Shown piece by piece: positions 1-11,048 of a DNA stretch of 20,000 nt. A program made the position numbers and the translations under genes. The notes under the pieces were generated by a model. The model saw only the letters and a program-made list of their open reading frames with translations, was not told where the DNA came from and did no database searches. The stretch's first letter is position 1; every line of letters begins with the position of its first letter. Source of the DNA: Catajapyx aquilonaris (lineage: Eukaryota); NCBI GenBank assembly GCA_000934665.2, contig KZ538053.1, forward strand, positions 121,301-141,300, read 5' to 3'.

Positions 1-132
1 ACATTTAAAAAAAAAACACGTGAAAAAAGGGGGGGGGGGGTTCCAATGGATACCACGGTCGGTCACTGGGGGGGAGGGGGGAGAGGGTCAAAAAGTGCCC
101 GAAAATTGGTCACGTGGTTTATGGACGACCCC
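1..132. mobile_element. Right end of a PIF/Harbinger-like MITE (truncated by window edge)
   Basis: Ends ...cacgtggtttatggacgacccc|TAA. The reverse complement GGGGTCGTCCATAAACCACGTG resembles common arthropod MITE termini with TWA TSDs. The other end is not visible. Confidence 0.5.
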
Positions 133-135
133 TAA

Positions 136-224
136 GGGGGTTCAAGGTCACACGGCGCGGGGCCACCCAGAAGCGCGGGGCTCCGGGCGGTCGCCCGGAC
201 TGCCCACCCCTAAGGCCGGCTCTG
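136..224. mobile_element. Right end of a GC-rich hAT-like non-autonomous element
   Basis: Terminus ...gcccacccctaaggccggctctg (reverse complement CAGAGCCGGCCTTAGGGG), similar in style to the complete hAT element at 19248-19599. Confidence 0.4.
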
Positions 225-225
225 T

Positions 226-580
226 AATGTTAGATAGGGACATTTCGAGGTAGGACCTACAGGGAGCATGCTAATGACCTCCGAAGGTACTATGGGACAT
301 GGTCTGGTTTTTCGTTCGATTTGCCTGAAAATGGGATATGTTGCAGCCCAGATCGTCCTGATCAATGTTGGATAGGGACATTTCAAGGTAGAACGTACAG
401 GGAGCGTGCTAATATAATATGGGGAGTAGTTACCATACTCCCCATATTACCTTCGGAGGTCATTAGCATGCTCCATGTAGGTCCTACCTTGAAATGTCCC
501 TATCTAACATTGATCAGGACAGTCTGGGCTACAACATATCCCATTTTCAGGCAAATCGAACGGAACGCCACTGGCCCATA
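226..580. repeat. Palindrome (291-580, centre 429-435) plus an extra direct copy of part of the unit (226-290)
   Basis: 313-412 is the reverse complement of ~463-562. The centre is aatatggggagta-gttacca-tactccccatatt. 226-290 repeats 364-412 directly and pairs with ~448-511. Confidence 0.9.
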
Positions 581-1326
581 CATTTTGTGCCATGTCCTTT
601 GTTTCAGCCCCTCTTTTATGGACAGGGAGGACTTCCTTTTGACATCTGACTGTGAGATCAGGTGTAGACCTCCTCTTTAGGATTCCTGACTCCCCATCCT
701 ATAACAAAGACTCGCTTTGCGTACATTCAACCTAGAAATGTTTGAGCACATTGCTCAATGTAAAGTTACGGGAAGTACCCATTTTATGCTGCTTCACGTT
801 AATCCCGGTTGAAAAAAAAATTAATTGGAAAATTGTGAAAAGTTGAAATTAACACACCATTCGAAACACAAACGCACCTCTGTCACAAAAGCATGCGAGT
901 CCAAACATAAAATTTTGTTTTTGTGACAAGGTGTAGAGATATATTACATTACTGTACTACTGGTCTCAGACCTCCCCTAAGTACTGTACCTTTTGTTACA
1001 ATACACTACATGTACTGCAGTAAAAATCAAAAGAAGGGAAAAGAACCCTCAGAACCCAATAACCCTCAACCTGGAGCCTCCTATTAAATGTGTGTATTAA
1101 ATGTTTCAAATACCGGTACTCTCAAGGCAGTGCTCAAGGGAACTGTAGGTTCTGTCAATGGAGTTGCTGAATGAAACTTGGCACAATAATATAGGCAGAT
1201 AATTTATTTAACCAAATGTGACCTGTTTCAGCACAGTGCGACAATGTCTCTCGATGTCAGCCCGGACAGCTTACCTTATGAGCAAAGTTTCAGATATCGC
1301 ACTCAAAAAAAGCAGACATTTTACTA

Positions 1327-1599
1327 ATAATAATAATAATAATGGATACCCCGTGATAGGCCTCCTTGGGCCTCTTAGGGGATCATCTTTTGAATAACCG
1401 TCTTTAATCATTGCCTTTGCTGTGATGGATTTTGATTGCGGGAGGAAACGGGAGAGCCCCGCGAAAACCCACGCGAACACGGAGAGAACCCATCTAAACT
1501 CTATCCACATAAGTATCCTCTGTCCGATCTGGGGACCGAACTCGGGACCTTAGAGGTGGAAGGCTGCGGCGCTAACCACTGCGCCACCGTGTCGCCCTT
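1327..1599 (-). mobile_element. tRNA-derived SINE with V/Meta-like central domain
   Basis: On the minus strand: A box TGGCGCAGTGG, B box GAGTTCGGTCC, core GTTCTCTCCGTGTTCGCGTGGGTTTTCGCGGGGCTCTCCCGTTTCCTCCCGCA and (ATT)n tail. 14-bp TSD cagacattttacta at 1313-1326 and 1600-1613. Confidence 0.92.
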
Positions 1600-1784
1600 C
1601 AGACATTTTACTACATCACTGGAAAGGGATAATATTACTCTGATTACAACAATCTAAATTGCTAGATCGCAGCCATCTTTGAAACAGTCGCTTCTGAATT
1701 TTTTCGAGAAAAAAATGCACTTTTTTCTCAAATTATGTGCCCGACTGGCATCAAATCCAGCTTATCACCTTGGAAAATTCAGAA

Positions 1785-2222
1785 GAAGGGAAACTCGCAG
1801 ACAATCACCAGGTACACTGACAGTATTCGCAAAACTAATATAGGGATGTGCAATTAGTTTTGGCTCCTTTGCGTAGTTAATGAGTACAGCGCCTTTAAAG
1901 TGTAGAGGGCCGGATGGGAAAATATGAGGTAAAAACTACACAAAGTGCACAGGTGTCATACCCGGATTCTTACTCTGACGAGATTTGATCACCCATTGCA
2001 CATGGACGATGTGTTACGGACCCAAGGCCGGACTATTCAAAGGCCCTCAAGCTGTATTTTGCTTCTTTGAAGCTGGCGGAACGGATGTGAAGTCACGAGA
2101 CTTTGACGGCGCCTTATGCATTAACTATTAAGGGCGCCCAAAACTAATTGCACATCCCTATATTAGTTTTGCGAGTACTCTCAGTGCACCTGGCGATTGT
2201 CCGCGAGTTTCCCTTCACCCTG
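1785..2222. mobile_element. Foldback MITE of the CAGGGTG (Tc1/mariner-type) group, left terminus eroded
   Basis: ~1785-1900 is the inverted copy of ~2100-2216. The right end reads cccttcaccctg|TA. Confidence 0.8.
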
Positions 2223-2315
2223 TATAATTGAAGGGTAGCCCTGAATAATGTTGTAAGTGACATTGGTGAAAATGATCACTTACAACATTATTCTGGGCGA
2301 CCCTTCAATTATACA
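2221..2315. repeat. 95-nt near-perfect hairpin (40-bp arms, 2 mismatches, 15-nt loop)
   Basis: tgtataattgaagggtagccctgaataatgttgtaagtga (2221-2260) pairs with tcacttacaacattattctgggcgacccttcaattataca (2276-2315). Confidence 0.9.
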
Positions 2316-2778
2316 ACTGTTTGTGACAATGTGTTTAAAAAAAACATGTCCGTACAACTAGCACATCTTACGTATGATGTGACAGTGTGGGATAGTACTG
2401 TACAGTATAAAGTGGTATAAAGAGAGAGGAAACAGGTCAACAGTTTTTTAAATATATTTTTGTCGGCTGGGTAGAAGGCCATTGGCCCACTGCATACAGG
2501 TTTTAGTCGTAATCGTGAAGAGGTGAGGAAATTGACTAATAGCAGTCGAAGACTAATCGACGGTTTTTAAAATCTTCATCTGGTGACTTGGGGACTTTTT
2601 GTAATCAAAGTAATTATCCCTTTCCAGTGAGGTAATAAAACATCTGCTTTTTTTTAAGTGCGACATCTGAAACTTCGCTTGTAAGGTAAGCTGTCCAGGG
2701 TGAAATCGAGGTATCATAACTTTTGACGTTGTCGCGCTTCTCCGAAACGGTTTGCATTTTGTTTAATAACTTACCTGC

Positions 2779-3445
2779 AACTAAAGCAGTTTGGAGGAGG
2801 GGACATGGTTTCTGACTGCTAATCGGGAGGTCCTGGGATCTAATCCCGGGGCCGGCAACTCTGACCGGGGTTTTCTGTGGTTTCCCACGGTCCTTCCAGG
2901 AAAATTCCGGAGTTGCTTCTGTAATTAATAGGCCACAGCCACTTCCTTCCGTCCCTGTATCCTATCCCAAAGGGGAGGTGTAGATGGCCGAGATGGTAAC
3001 GTCTCGGCTTGCTGAGTGAAAGGCCCCAGGTTCGATCCCCGCCTGGGGAACTTCCTTTCACCTGCGTCAGGAGGATCTCTGACCTGCACCTTGGAGGTGT
3101 CTGGCAACCTAACCTCCTGGGGGACTGCACATGGCCCAGACTTGAGACATTTCACCTGCACCCATGTCCCCTCCCCAAAAATCCCTATCCTTACCTAACG
3201 TCCTTGATTCCTTGCACCGGAGACTGAAGTAAACAAAGCAGAAAATTGATGGTGGTGTGCCACCCCCCCAAAGGGGCCTATGGAGGCCTATCACGGGGTA
3301 ATATAAAAATAAAAATAAAAATAAATAAAATAAAAATCATATCCCAAAGAGCACAGTAAAATGAAAAGCAAAGAGTTCCGGCCAAATCAAACTTTCCCTC
3401 TAAAGAGCCGATGGCTGGTAACAGTGTATGAATTATTATTATTAT

Positions 3446-3477
<32 letters not shown>

Positions 3478-3549
3478 TTGTTATTATTAGTAGTATTATT
3501 GTTATTATTATTAGTATTATTATTGTTGTTATTATTAGTATTATTATTG

Positions 3550-3602
<53 letters not shown>
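2779..3602 (+). mobile_element. tRNA-Ser-like SINE (older copy) carrying a nested SINE and an expanded (TTA/GTA)n tail
   Basis: Same family as 15946-16242 (gactgctaatcgggaggtcctggg...ggccacagcc.cttccttcc). 13-bp TSD ataacttacctgc at 2766-2778 and 3603-3615. Confidence 0.9.
2973..3339 (+). mobile_element. tRNA-derived SINE nested inside another SINE
   Basis: GGGAGGTG head, A box TGGCCGAGATGG, B box GGTTCGATCCC, (TAAAA)n tail. 10-bp TSD tatcccaaag at 2963-2972 and 3340-3349. Confidence 0.92.

Positions 3603-3604
<2 letters not shown>
3431..3604. repeat. Compound (TTA)n/(GTA)n microsatellite forming the expanded SINE tail
   Basis: Seen directly; lies immediately inside the SINE's 3' TSD. Confidence 0.95.
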
Positions 3605-3605
<1 letters not shown>

Positions 3606-3890
3606 ACTTACCTGCCTATATTATTGTGCCAAGTTTCATTCAGCAATTCCATTGACAGGACTTACAGTTCCCTGGTCAGCACTATAACAGCAATATTATT
3701 CCTGTCTGTGGGAAATTTTTGGAACCTATCATTCACATACATTATAATTTTTTTTGTCTTGTTTTACTGCGATTCTCTTTACATTTCTGTGTTGCAGGAA
3801 TGAATTACTGGTATAAAATGGGTACTTCCTTTGTTGAGAGTATGTGCAGAATAAAAAGCAGCTGATTTCCAAAATTTGGTTGCTAAATAA

Positions 3891-4553
<663 letters not shown>

Positions 4554-4605
4554 GTAAGTAATGAAATATGGATTCAATACCTGACTTAAAGTTGCTCTGT
4601 TGTAG

Positions 4606-4717
4606 GAATGAGAGAAAATGGCGACGATGGGTTGATGAGGTGTTGGTTCACACAATATCTCCTAACATCTATCGGAATGTGAAGGAATCACTTCAAGCAT
4701 TCAACTGGTTTTCTCAG
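4606..4717 (+). CDS. PTGES2: PTGES2 internal exon
   Basis: Follows a 52-nt intron (ctgttgtag|). Reads (A)NERKWRRWVDEVLVHTISPNIYRNVKESLQAFNWFSQ, matching the conserved ExKWRxWxD..LVH.ISPNxYR. Donor CAG|GTGTGT at 4718, phase 0. Confidence 0.94.
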
Positions 4718-4855
4718 GTGTGTTACTAAGTCTATTAAAAAGTGCACTAATAGGCACCGGTAGGCATTTCCTTAGTGTTTGGAGTTCCGTACTTATGACT
4801 ATAGCTTGGAAAGTTAGTCTGTTCCCAAAGCAGCTTTTTAATGCACAATCACGTA

Positions 4856-6002
4856 CAGTAAAACTTCTATAAGTCGAACTTCCCTAAGTGGAAGTTCTCT
4901 ATAAGTTGAAGAAAATGATGAGCTTGGTTGGTCACAATGTAAAATAATAGGAAATAAACTTCCCTAACTCGAATTTCTATAACTCGCAGTGCAGGCAGGG
5001 CCTTACGATGGGATATCAATGCACTTTCAGTCTCCCTAAGTTGAAGTTCATGTTGCAAGTCCGGAAAATTTTCTCATTTCCCAGACAAAGGGTCGGGAGG
5101 AGGCCACATGTACAGTAAGGCTCAATTTCCTGATCTCCGTCTACCAGACGTAACCAAAGAAGTGTTTGAATCGATTGTGAAAATTGAATCCTTGAATTTA
5201 AGAGTAGCCAAATGTCCATAACTGAGATTTTTTTTTACAACAAAACAATGAGAAACATTGTAAGAGTGATACTGACAATAATTTTAAAGTTTTGAACACC
5301 TTTAGTCGCTGGATATAAAGGTAGGCTTCCTTATAGAGTTAGGTGCTGAAATAATTCCAAACTTCTCTAACTCGAATCTTCTATAACTCGAAGGTTTTTC
5401 CTGGTCCCATGGAGATTCAACTTATGGAAGTTTTACTGTATGTCAGCTCCCTGTCGCTGCAGCTGTCACAGCCAAAGTGATGCCATTTCCAAAGTCAACT
5501 GTTTACAGTTAGCTGTGGCAGCAACATAACAGATGGCATAAACAGAAACCATGGTGACAAGGATAGAAGGAAGTTCGACGGGGATGGGGAAAAATCGAAC
5601 ACAAACTGTTCATGTGATAAGTGTGCGATTAAGTGACCTTGATCTGTGATCTTATTGGTCTGGAGAAGCTGAGAGCCACTCCACTGTGACTGTAGCATTC
5701 CGGGCCAGGAATGCTACTACTTGCCCAACATCAATGAAGTTAGCCTAGCACGAAAATCACCTGCGTTTCGATGTTACAAATACGAATTACTTGAGAATGA
5801 ATCATGTTTTAATCACACAACTTATATGCTAATGAGCCACATGGAAGCGCAAAGTTGGGGCGAGAAAGCAATACATTCGTTAGTGGAACAACAAGACGAT
5901 CATAGGACAGTATTTATTTAGCGCTCCGAGCCAAGCTCATATTTTTCTTCAACTCATAGAGAACTTCGACTTAGGGAAGTTTGACTTATAGAAGTTTTAC
6001 TG
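4856..6002. mobile_element. pogo/Tigger-like non-autonomous element with TA TSD and a second internal right end at 5438
   Basis: TA|cagtaaaacttctataagtcgaacttccctaag... matches ...cttagggaagtttgacttatagaagttttactg|TA over ~55 bp. An internal end ...ggtcccatggagattcaacttatggaagttttactg|TA lies at 5438. Confidence 0.85.
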
Positions 6003-6042
6003 TACATCCCAGATATGGCTGCTTATTATATTCGATTAATAA

Positions 6043-6279
6043 CTAGCTGCGGCAACCGACGTTGCCCAGGAAGAAATGAATGAAGGGAAAACACCTACCT
6101 GTAGCCCCCTCAAAATTTTCAAGCACAGAGAGCCGCCATGACACTTTTAAGAAGGCCAGTTCGGAAGGACGGGAGAGGTTGGAGGTGTAGGAAGCGGACC
6201 ACAGATGGCAGGCAAATGATGTTTGGCATTACAGGCGGACAGACAGACAGATCACAAGCGGCTTTATTTATATAGAAGA
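6043..6279 (-). mobile_element. Short non-autonomous Helitron (Lep1-like architecture)
   Basis: The minus strand starts A|TC (TCTTCTATATAAATAAAG), has a (CTGT)n microsatellite and a subterminal hairpin GGCAAC-4nt-GTTGCC (6051-6066), and ends CTAG|T. No TSD. Confidence 0.8.
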
Positions 6280-6452
6280 TTACTTTCATATAATACATTC
6301 AGTTTTATTAAATTGACAGCACCTGTTAAGAATCACCCCTGTTTTTTTGGGTAACAGGCTTGGCTTTCTCATAGTATGCCTTTAAATATTAATTATTAAA
6401 GTATGTTATTTTATTTATTGCAACCATCAGACCACCATGCCTCCCTCTAAAG

Positions 6453-6632
6453 CAGGGCTATTCAACTGGCGGACCGCGACGCAATTTTGTCCAGTCCGCG
6501 ACGATATACAGGACATTTTGAAATAGCATTAGAAATTACTAATTCATTATTTTTTTGGAAAAAGTGCTACCAATTTTATCAAATACATACCCATTCAAAT
6601 CTCCCACATTCACCTAAGCTCGTGTGACCATC

Positions 6633-6664
<32 letters not shown>

Positions 6665-6968
6665 AAAAACACACACAAATTTCGCCTGCGGCGGGCTTGT
6701 TCACCTTGTGCTTATGAAATGGGCCCCCCTCCAAAATTATTATTCTGCCTATGCACCTGTACAAGACATCATAAAGGGCAATAATGTCTTAATATGTCCT
6801 GTCTTGGTAGGCCCTTCTATCCTTGCTGCACATGTTTCTATTTTCAAAAATGAACCCTGTAGTACCAAATAAAATCTTCACTGGGGGGGGGGGGGGGGGG
6901 GCCTGGACCTTCAATGGCCCAGGAAAGGTAAATACTGGACCTTGTCATAAAGTAGTTGAATACCCCTG
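6453..6968. mobile_element. hAT (Charlie/Buster-like) MITE
   Basis: TIRs cagggctattcaact / agttgaatacccctg. 8-bp TSD ctctaaag (6445-6452) / atctaaag (6969-6976), with central TA. Confidence 0.85.
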
Positions 6969-7137
6969 ATCTAAAGATCAAACTATATCTAACTATTTGA
7001 TTCTATCTCTCACATTTCTGACTTGCCATCGGCACATTTGTGAAGTCTCGATAACTCGGATAAGAAATGGCAACGATAGCAGAGACGGCCAATATAACTT
7101 ATTTAATTATGATTGCACAGATGGTGATTTTCATATA

Positions 7138-7907
7138 CAGTGCGCCCCGCTTAATTGGTGCCCCGGTTTATCGGCCCCCCCTCATTTTTGGACCGAATTG
7201 CCAGGACCGGAATGAAATCAATACCATCAATGTAATTTTTCCCTGCATAGCTGCATGGTGAGTGGTGATTTCCCTTGTTAGTCGGACCAGTTTGGTTGCT
7301 TTAATGCTATACTACTGTACTGCACATAATGCCTGTAAGGGTTGTGATTCAGGGACCATTCCTAAGTCATTTACAGTAGTGCATCAGGGGTGGAACGTTC
7401 CATTATTGATCAAGTGGCGGCCAAATACCAAAAGGAGGAGGATGACCAAAAAAGTGAGGAAGATGAAACACCTGCGCCCATTCCAGTGACATACACAGAA
7501 GCGTGGAATTCTGTGACTATTTTAAGACGATTTTTTATGCAAGTAGGGAATGACGGCTGTCCTGTGACTGCACTCGACACCTGCGCGGACTTTGTTAAGA
7601 TGAAGTCAAAAACAAGAACCCGTCAGGTGTTACTAGACCATTTTTACAGCGGAGTGAGAACTAAAATTATTGTGCAGTCGTACAGTACTTTGCACTTCCA
7701 TGACAATTGCATGACACAGTCACTTTTATACGACGATTTTACCTTCACCTGTTGCGCAATCATTTTTGAGGATTAAAGCTGGTAGTGCAGTCTAATTTTG
7801 GCGGTTCATTTCCTGTTGTTTCACATGAACCCCAGTTAATGAAACCCCCGCGTTATTGGGCCAAAATGCCGTGGCCCCGATGTGGTCCAAGGAAGCGGAG
7901 CACACTG
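7138..7907 (+). mobile_element. Internally deleted pogo/Tigger DNA transposon
   Basis: TA|cagtgcgccccgcttaattgg ... ccaaggaagcggagcacactg|TA. Contains a transposase C-terminal remnant. Confidence 0.85.
7390..7650 (+). pseudogene. Tigger/pogo transposase C-terminal remnant (acidic stretch, CENP-B-like dimerisation helix, PIP-box-like end)
   Basis: IIDQVAAKYQKEEDDQKSEEDETPAPIPVTYTEAWNSVTILRRFF...KTRTRQVLLDHFY follows the typical Tigger pattern II..V-acidic-T..EA...L.L.F...Q..L..F(F/Y). Confidence 0.75.
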
Positions 7908-8874
7908 TATATGTTTTGATGGAGAAAGATTTGTACTATCCAGGGTTCGCAGGGATGTTTTTGGCCTCCGTAAGTGTTAGATAAAAAATACTTTTTTGGC
8001 GTAACATCAGCAACTAGCAGTCAAAATGTGACACCTTTACACCTTCTTTTAGGATAAAAAATTCCATGGTGAAGATAGGAAATCAACTCGCACATATCCT
8101 ACGTGGATTTATCCCTTTGACGTCGGGTTTTTTGGGCCTTTTTCTTCTTTTCTCTGCCAAAATTTGTAGTAGTGACATTAATGAAAAACAATATGCACCA
8201 ATATTTATCATTTTAACTTGTGGTGCTTCTGAATGTAAAATACGGCAAAAAATCATCTACAGGGTGTTCCAGAAAAAAAAATTAAAGTGCAATATATCTT
8301 TAAATGTAATTGAATTTATTTAAATTTTTACAGTCACTATAACATTGTTACGTTGGTTACATAATACTAAACCCTGTACTTTGAGAAATTCCTAAGAGTC
8401 CAGACGCCACATGCTGACAAAAAGTTTCAGGTAGGAGGGGCTATATTTAGCTTATGCTGGGAAGCGGAAAAACTTATTAGCATACGCCATGGTAGTTTAG
8501 CCCCCTTCCACGAGGTGGTAGGAGCAGTTTGAGCCTCAAACTGCGCCATTTCTGTCTAAACTCGAGTCAGCCCAGTTCAAAAACCAGCCGGACATCATAT
8601 AATGCACGTAGGCCTCAAAGAGTTAAACAAGCTTTTGAATTATATTAAAGGGGAAACAAGAAGCGACTGCGGGGATTAGGCGGGTTTTTCCAATTTTTCA
8701 GCCCACCGTCCCAGTCCACATGTTTAGGTCTACCTGTCCTACCATGAAGATAAGTATAGTAGCCAGGTGGGGAATATTTTTTTCAACGTGGATGTGGGTT
8801 ATTCCGGGTTCCTTTTGCGCTCTACTTCAAAACCCCAGAAAACCCATGCAGTCTTTTCCTGGACGGCCTATATA

Positions 8875-9298
8875 CAGGGTGTATCTGAACTCAGTGCCCC
8901 GACGTATATGACTGCCTTCCTAGCCACCAGAGGATCGATTTAAGTATAGGAGTCATATGTCTGGGCAGCCTCATTACGGAGATAATTGGCCGCAAACATG
9001 TAGTACAAAATATCCTGTCGGTTAGGCCACCCATCGAACCCTCCCCCAGTCAGAAGGCTCTGGAAGGTCTGGGGGCGGGACTTTGTTGGTTTGTTGCCCA
9101 CAGGTGGTAAGGCCTCTTTGGCTAGTTACACCAGAAAATTCTATTTAAAAGTCAGAAGGAGCGATTAGGCAAAAATCGCTAAAGAGTGTATCTCAGTAAT
9201 GAGGCTGCCCAGACATATGACTCCTATACTTAAATAGATCCTCTGGTGGCTAGGAAGGCAGTCATATACGTCGGGGCACTGAGTTCAGATACACCTTG
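8875..9298. mobile_element. CAGGGTG-type MITE with ~110-bp TIRs and TA TSD
   Basis: TA|cagggtgtatctgaactcagtgccccgacg... and ...cgtcggggcactgagttcagatacaccttg|TA; the arms are nearly identical. Confidence 0.92.
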
Positions 9299-9653
9299 TA
9301 TAACTATATTTTTGGATCTTCAGCCTAGGAGTTGTTTGGAGTCAAACACAGGGCTGAACGGCTAGTATTCAGGCTGTGTCTTGAAATTAATGAGCGGTAG
9401 TGTAAATCAACACACCACTCACTACTGCACAATGATAACCAAGTAATGGCGGTTCTGCAACTTCATGCCATCTTTATGAATTAGCCATCCCACTCGCTGC
9501 TTGTCTGCATCACTTCCTTGACAAATCTGACATTGGGGGAGGGAGTCCAACTTTGGTGACCTTCCCCTACTTCCCTCATTTAAAAAAAAAACAACAACTG
9601 CTAGTCAAAACATTATGTGGGAAAATTCAAGGGGTGTCTACACTTTTTTGCAG

Positions 9654-10013
9654 ACTGGAGATTGGGAAAAGCTGTTTGCAACATGGGAACGTCTTTTGGT
9701 CATATATGTTGGTGCAACAGCCATGTATATTATTGGAAAGAGGTTGAAGCAGAGGTATGGCCTCAAAGACGACGTGCGTCGGTCCCTGTATGATGCCTGT
9801 AATCAGTGGATCCGAGAAGTAACCAAGAAAGGTTCACCTTTTATGGGTGGTTCCAGCCCCAACTTAGCTGACTTGGCAGTGTTTGGTGTGTTAAGCAGTA
9901 TTGAGGGATGCAATACTTTTGAAGACCTCCTGGAGCATACCAAGATTGGGGATTGGTACCACAGAACTAAGGCCACTCTAGGTTATAGGGAAGGACATCA
10001 GTTGCCGCATTAG
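9654..10013 (+). CDS. PTGES2: PTGES2 terminal coding exon (GST C-terminal domain)
   Basis: Acceptor cttttttgcag|9654, phase 0, in frame with the previous exon. Reads TGDWEKLFATWER...YVGATAMYIIGKRLKQRYGLKDDVRRSLYDACNQW...PFMGGSSPNLADLAVFGVLSSIEGC...WYHR, ending in TAG at 10011-10013. Confidence 0.95.
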   Translation, partial: TGDWEKLFATWERLLVIYVGATAMYIIGKRLKQRYGLKDDVRRSLYDACNQWIREVTKKGSPFMGGSSPNLADLAVFGVLSSIEGCNTFEDLLEHTKIGDWYHRTKATLGYREGHQLPH

Positions 10014-10127
10014 GACAGTGGAAGCATTTTTATAACAGGCAAGTTGTATGCTGCATAACAAAGTATCTTGTATAATATGCACTGTATATCACCTGCCATG
10101 CAGCAGCAATTTTTTGAAGAGTGAGAA

Positions 10128-10163
10128 AATAAAAGTATTGCAGGATGACGTCATGTGAATAAA
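10128..10163 (+). terminator. Candidate polyadenylation signals for PTGES2 (AATAAA at 10128-10133 and 10158-10163)
   Basis: Two AATAAA hexamers 115-150 nt after the stop codon, followed by T-rich sequence near 10194-10225. Confidence 0.55.
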
Positions 10164-10726
10164 GTTAGTTCAAGGCTATTACATACGACAGCTATTTTTT
10201 TCAAATTCCTTTCATTTTCACTTTTGTGTCAATTCATCTCAATTCTCAACTCAAAGTGGGTGCCAACCATCTCAGATTTTATTTTTAAAAATTATGGATA
10301 CCAATGTGGAACGCTATTGTGCAATACACTACCGGAACAAACTGCCGTCGAGAATGGAGGGGTGCCTGAATCAACCTTACAACCTGCTTCCATGAGTGAG
10401 TTTGCCCGTCCAGCTGTGCCCACATGTGGTGCTGCTTGCAGGGGTACTAGACAGTTTTTTCCAGTAATGCACCATATATGGGCTGCAATGAAAATTAGGC
10501 TTGGCAGTCAATTAACCATTTTTTTGAGAATTAATGTGAATCACAAACCCAGGTCTTGCCTCCTTTCTTATTGGGTGGGCTTTTTTATCCCATACACTGG
10601 AGGGGAAAGGGGCATCCAATGATGCCTCAGTGAAATTCACAGGAAAAATATTATAACATACTGGATGGTTGGAAATAGTTGTTGAAAGTGGCATGATAAA
10701 ACACTTCTTTGATATCATGCTGCTGT

Positions 10727-11048
10727 AAGGGGAGGTGAAGTGGCGCAGCGGTAACGCTCGCGCCCACAGATATTAAGGTCCCGGGTTTGATCCCCACCCG
10801 GGGTTCCCACCTTTATCCGTGCGGAGTTGGGCCATCTCTGGCTTCATTTCGGGTGGCAATTTCCGATAGGCTAAGCCACCTGGGGGAGTTCACAAAATGA
10901 CCGTTAGAGACATTGCACTTGCACTTTGCACATCCCCTCCTACCTACCCTGGAGTAATTAATTAAGATCTTGTATGGCTCCAATTTCCGATGGTGGTAAT
11001 CCACCCCCCTAAAGGATATGGTAAATCCCAATGGAGTAATGCAATATA
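10727..11048 (+). mobile_element. tRNA-derived SINE whose tail hosts two MITEs
   Basis: GGGGAGGTG head, A box TGGCGCAGCGG, B box GGTTTGATCCC. The 15-bp TSD atatcatgctgctgt lies at 10712-10726 and, displaced by the insertions, at 12787-12801. Confidence 0.88.

Larger units (their letters stand above)
771..3829. mobile_element. Large diverged foldback (long inverted repeat) element interrupted by nested SINEs and MITEs
   Basis: Inverted matches: 771-787/3813-3829 (17 bp, perfect), 1137-1198/3612-3673, ~1262-1326 plus 1614-1650 / ~2600-2700. The arms become collinear once the TSD-bounded SINEs are removed. Outer limits are approximate. Confidence 0.75.

Noticed and set aside
3361..3606. Poly-Leu/Val ORF resembling a membrane protein
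   Set aside because: It is the translation of the (TTA/GTA)n tail of a SINE.
7941..8870. Possible old hAT-like (cagggttcgca) and CAGGGTG (8260) fragments
   Set aside because: Partner termini and TSDs could not be matched convincingly.
9615..9653. ATG at 9615 as the start of a separate gene
   Set aside because: Similarity to mPGES-2 starts at the acceptor at 9653, in phase with the upstream exon.
10155..10622. 155-aa ORF downstream of PTGES2
   Set aside because: GTG start, overlaps a poly(A) signal and has no recognisable domain.
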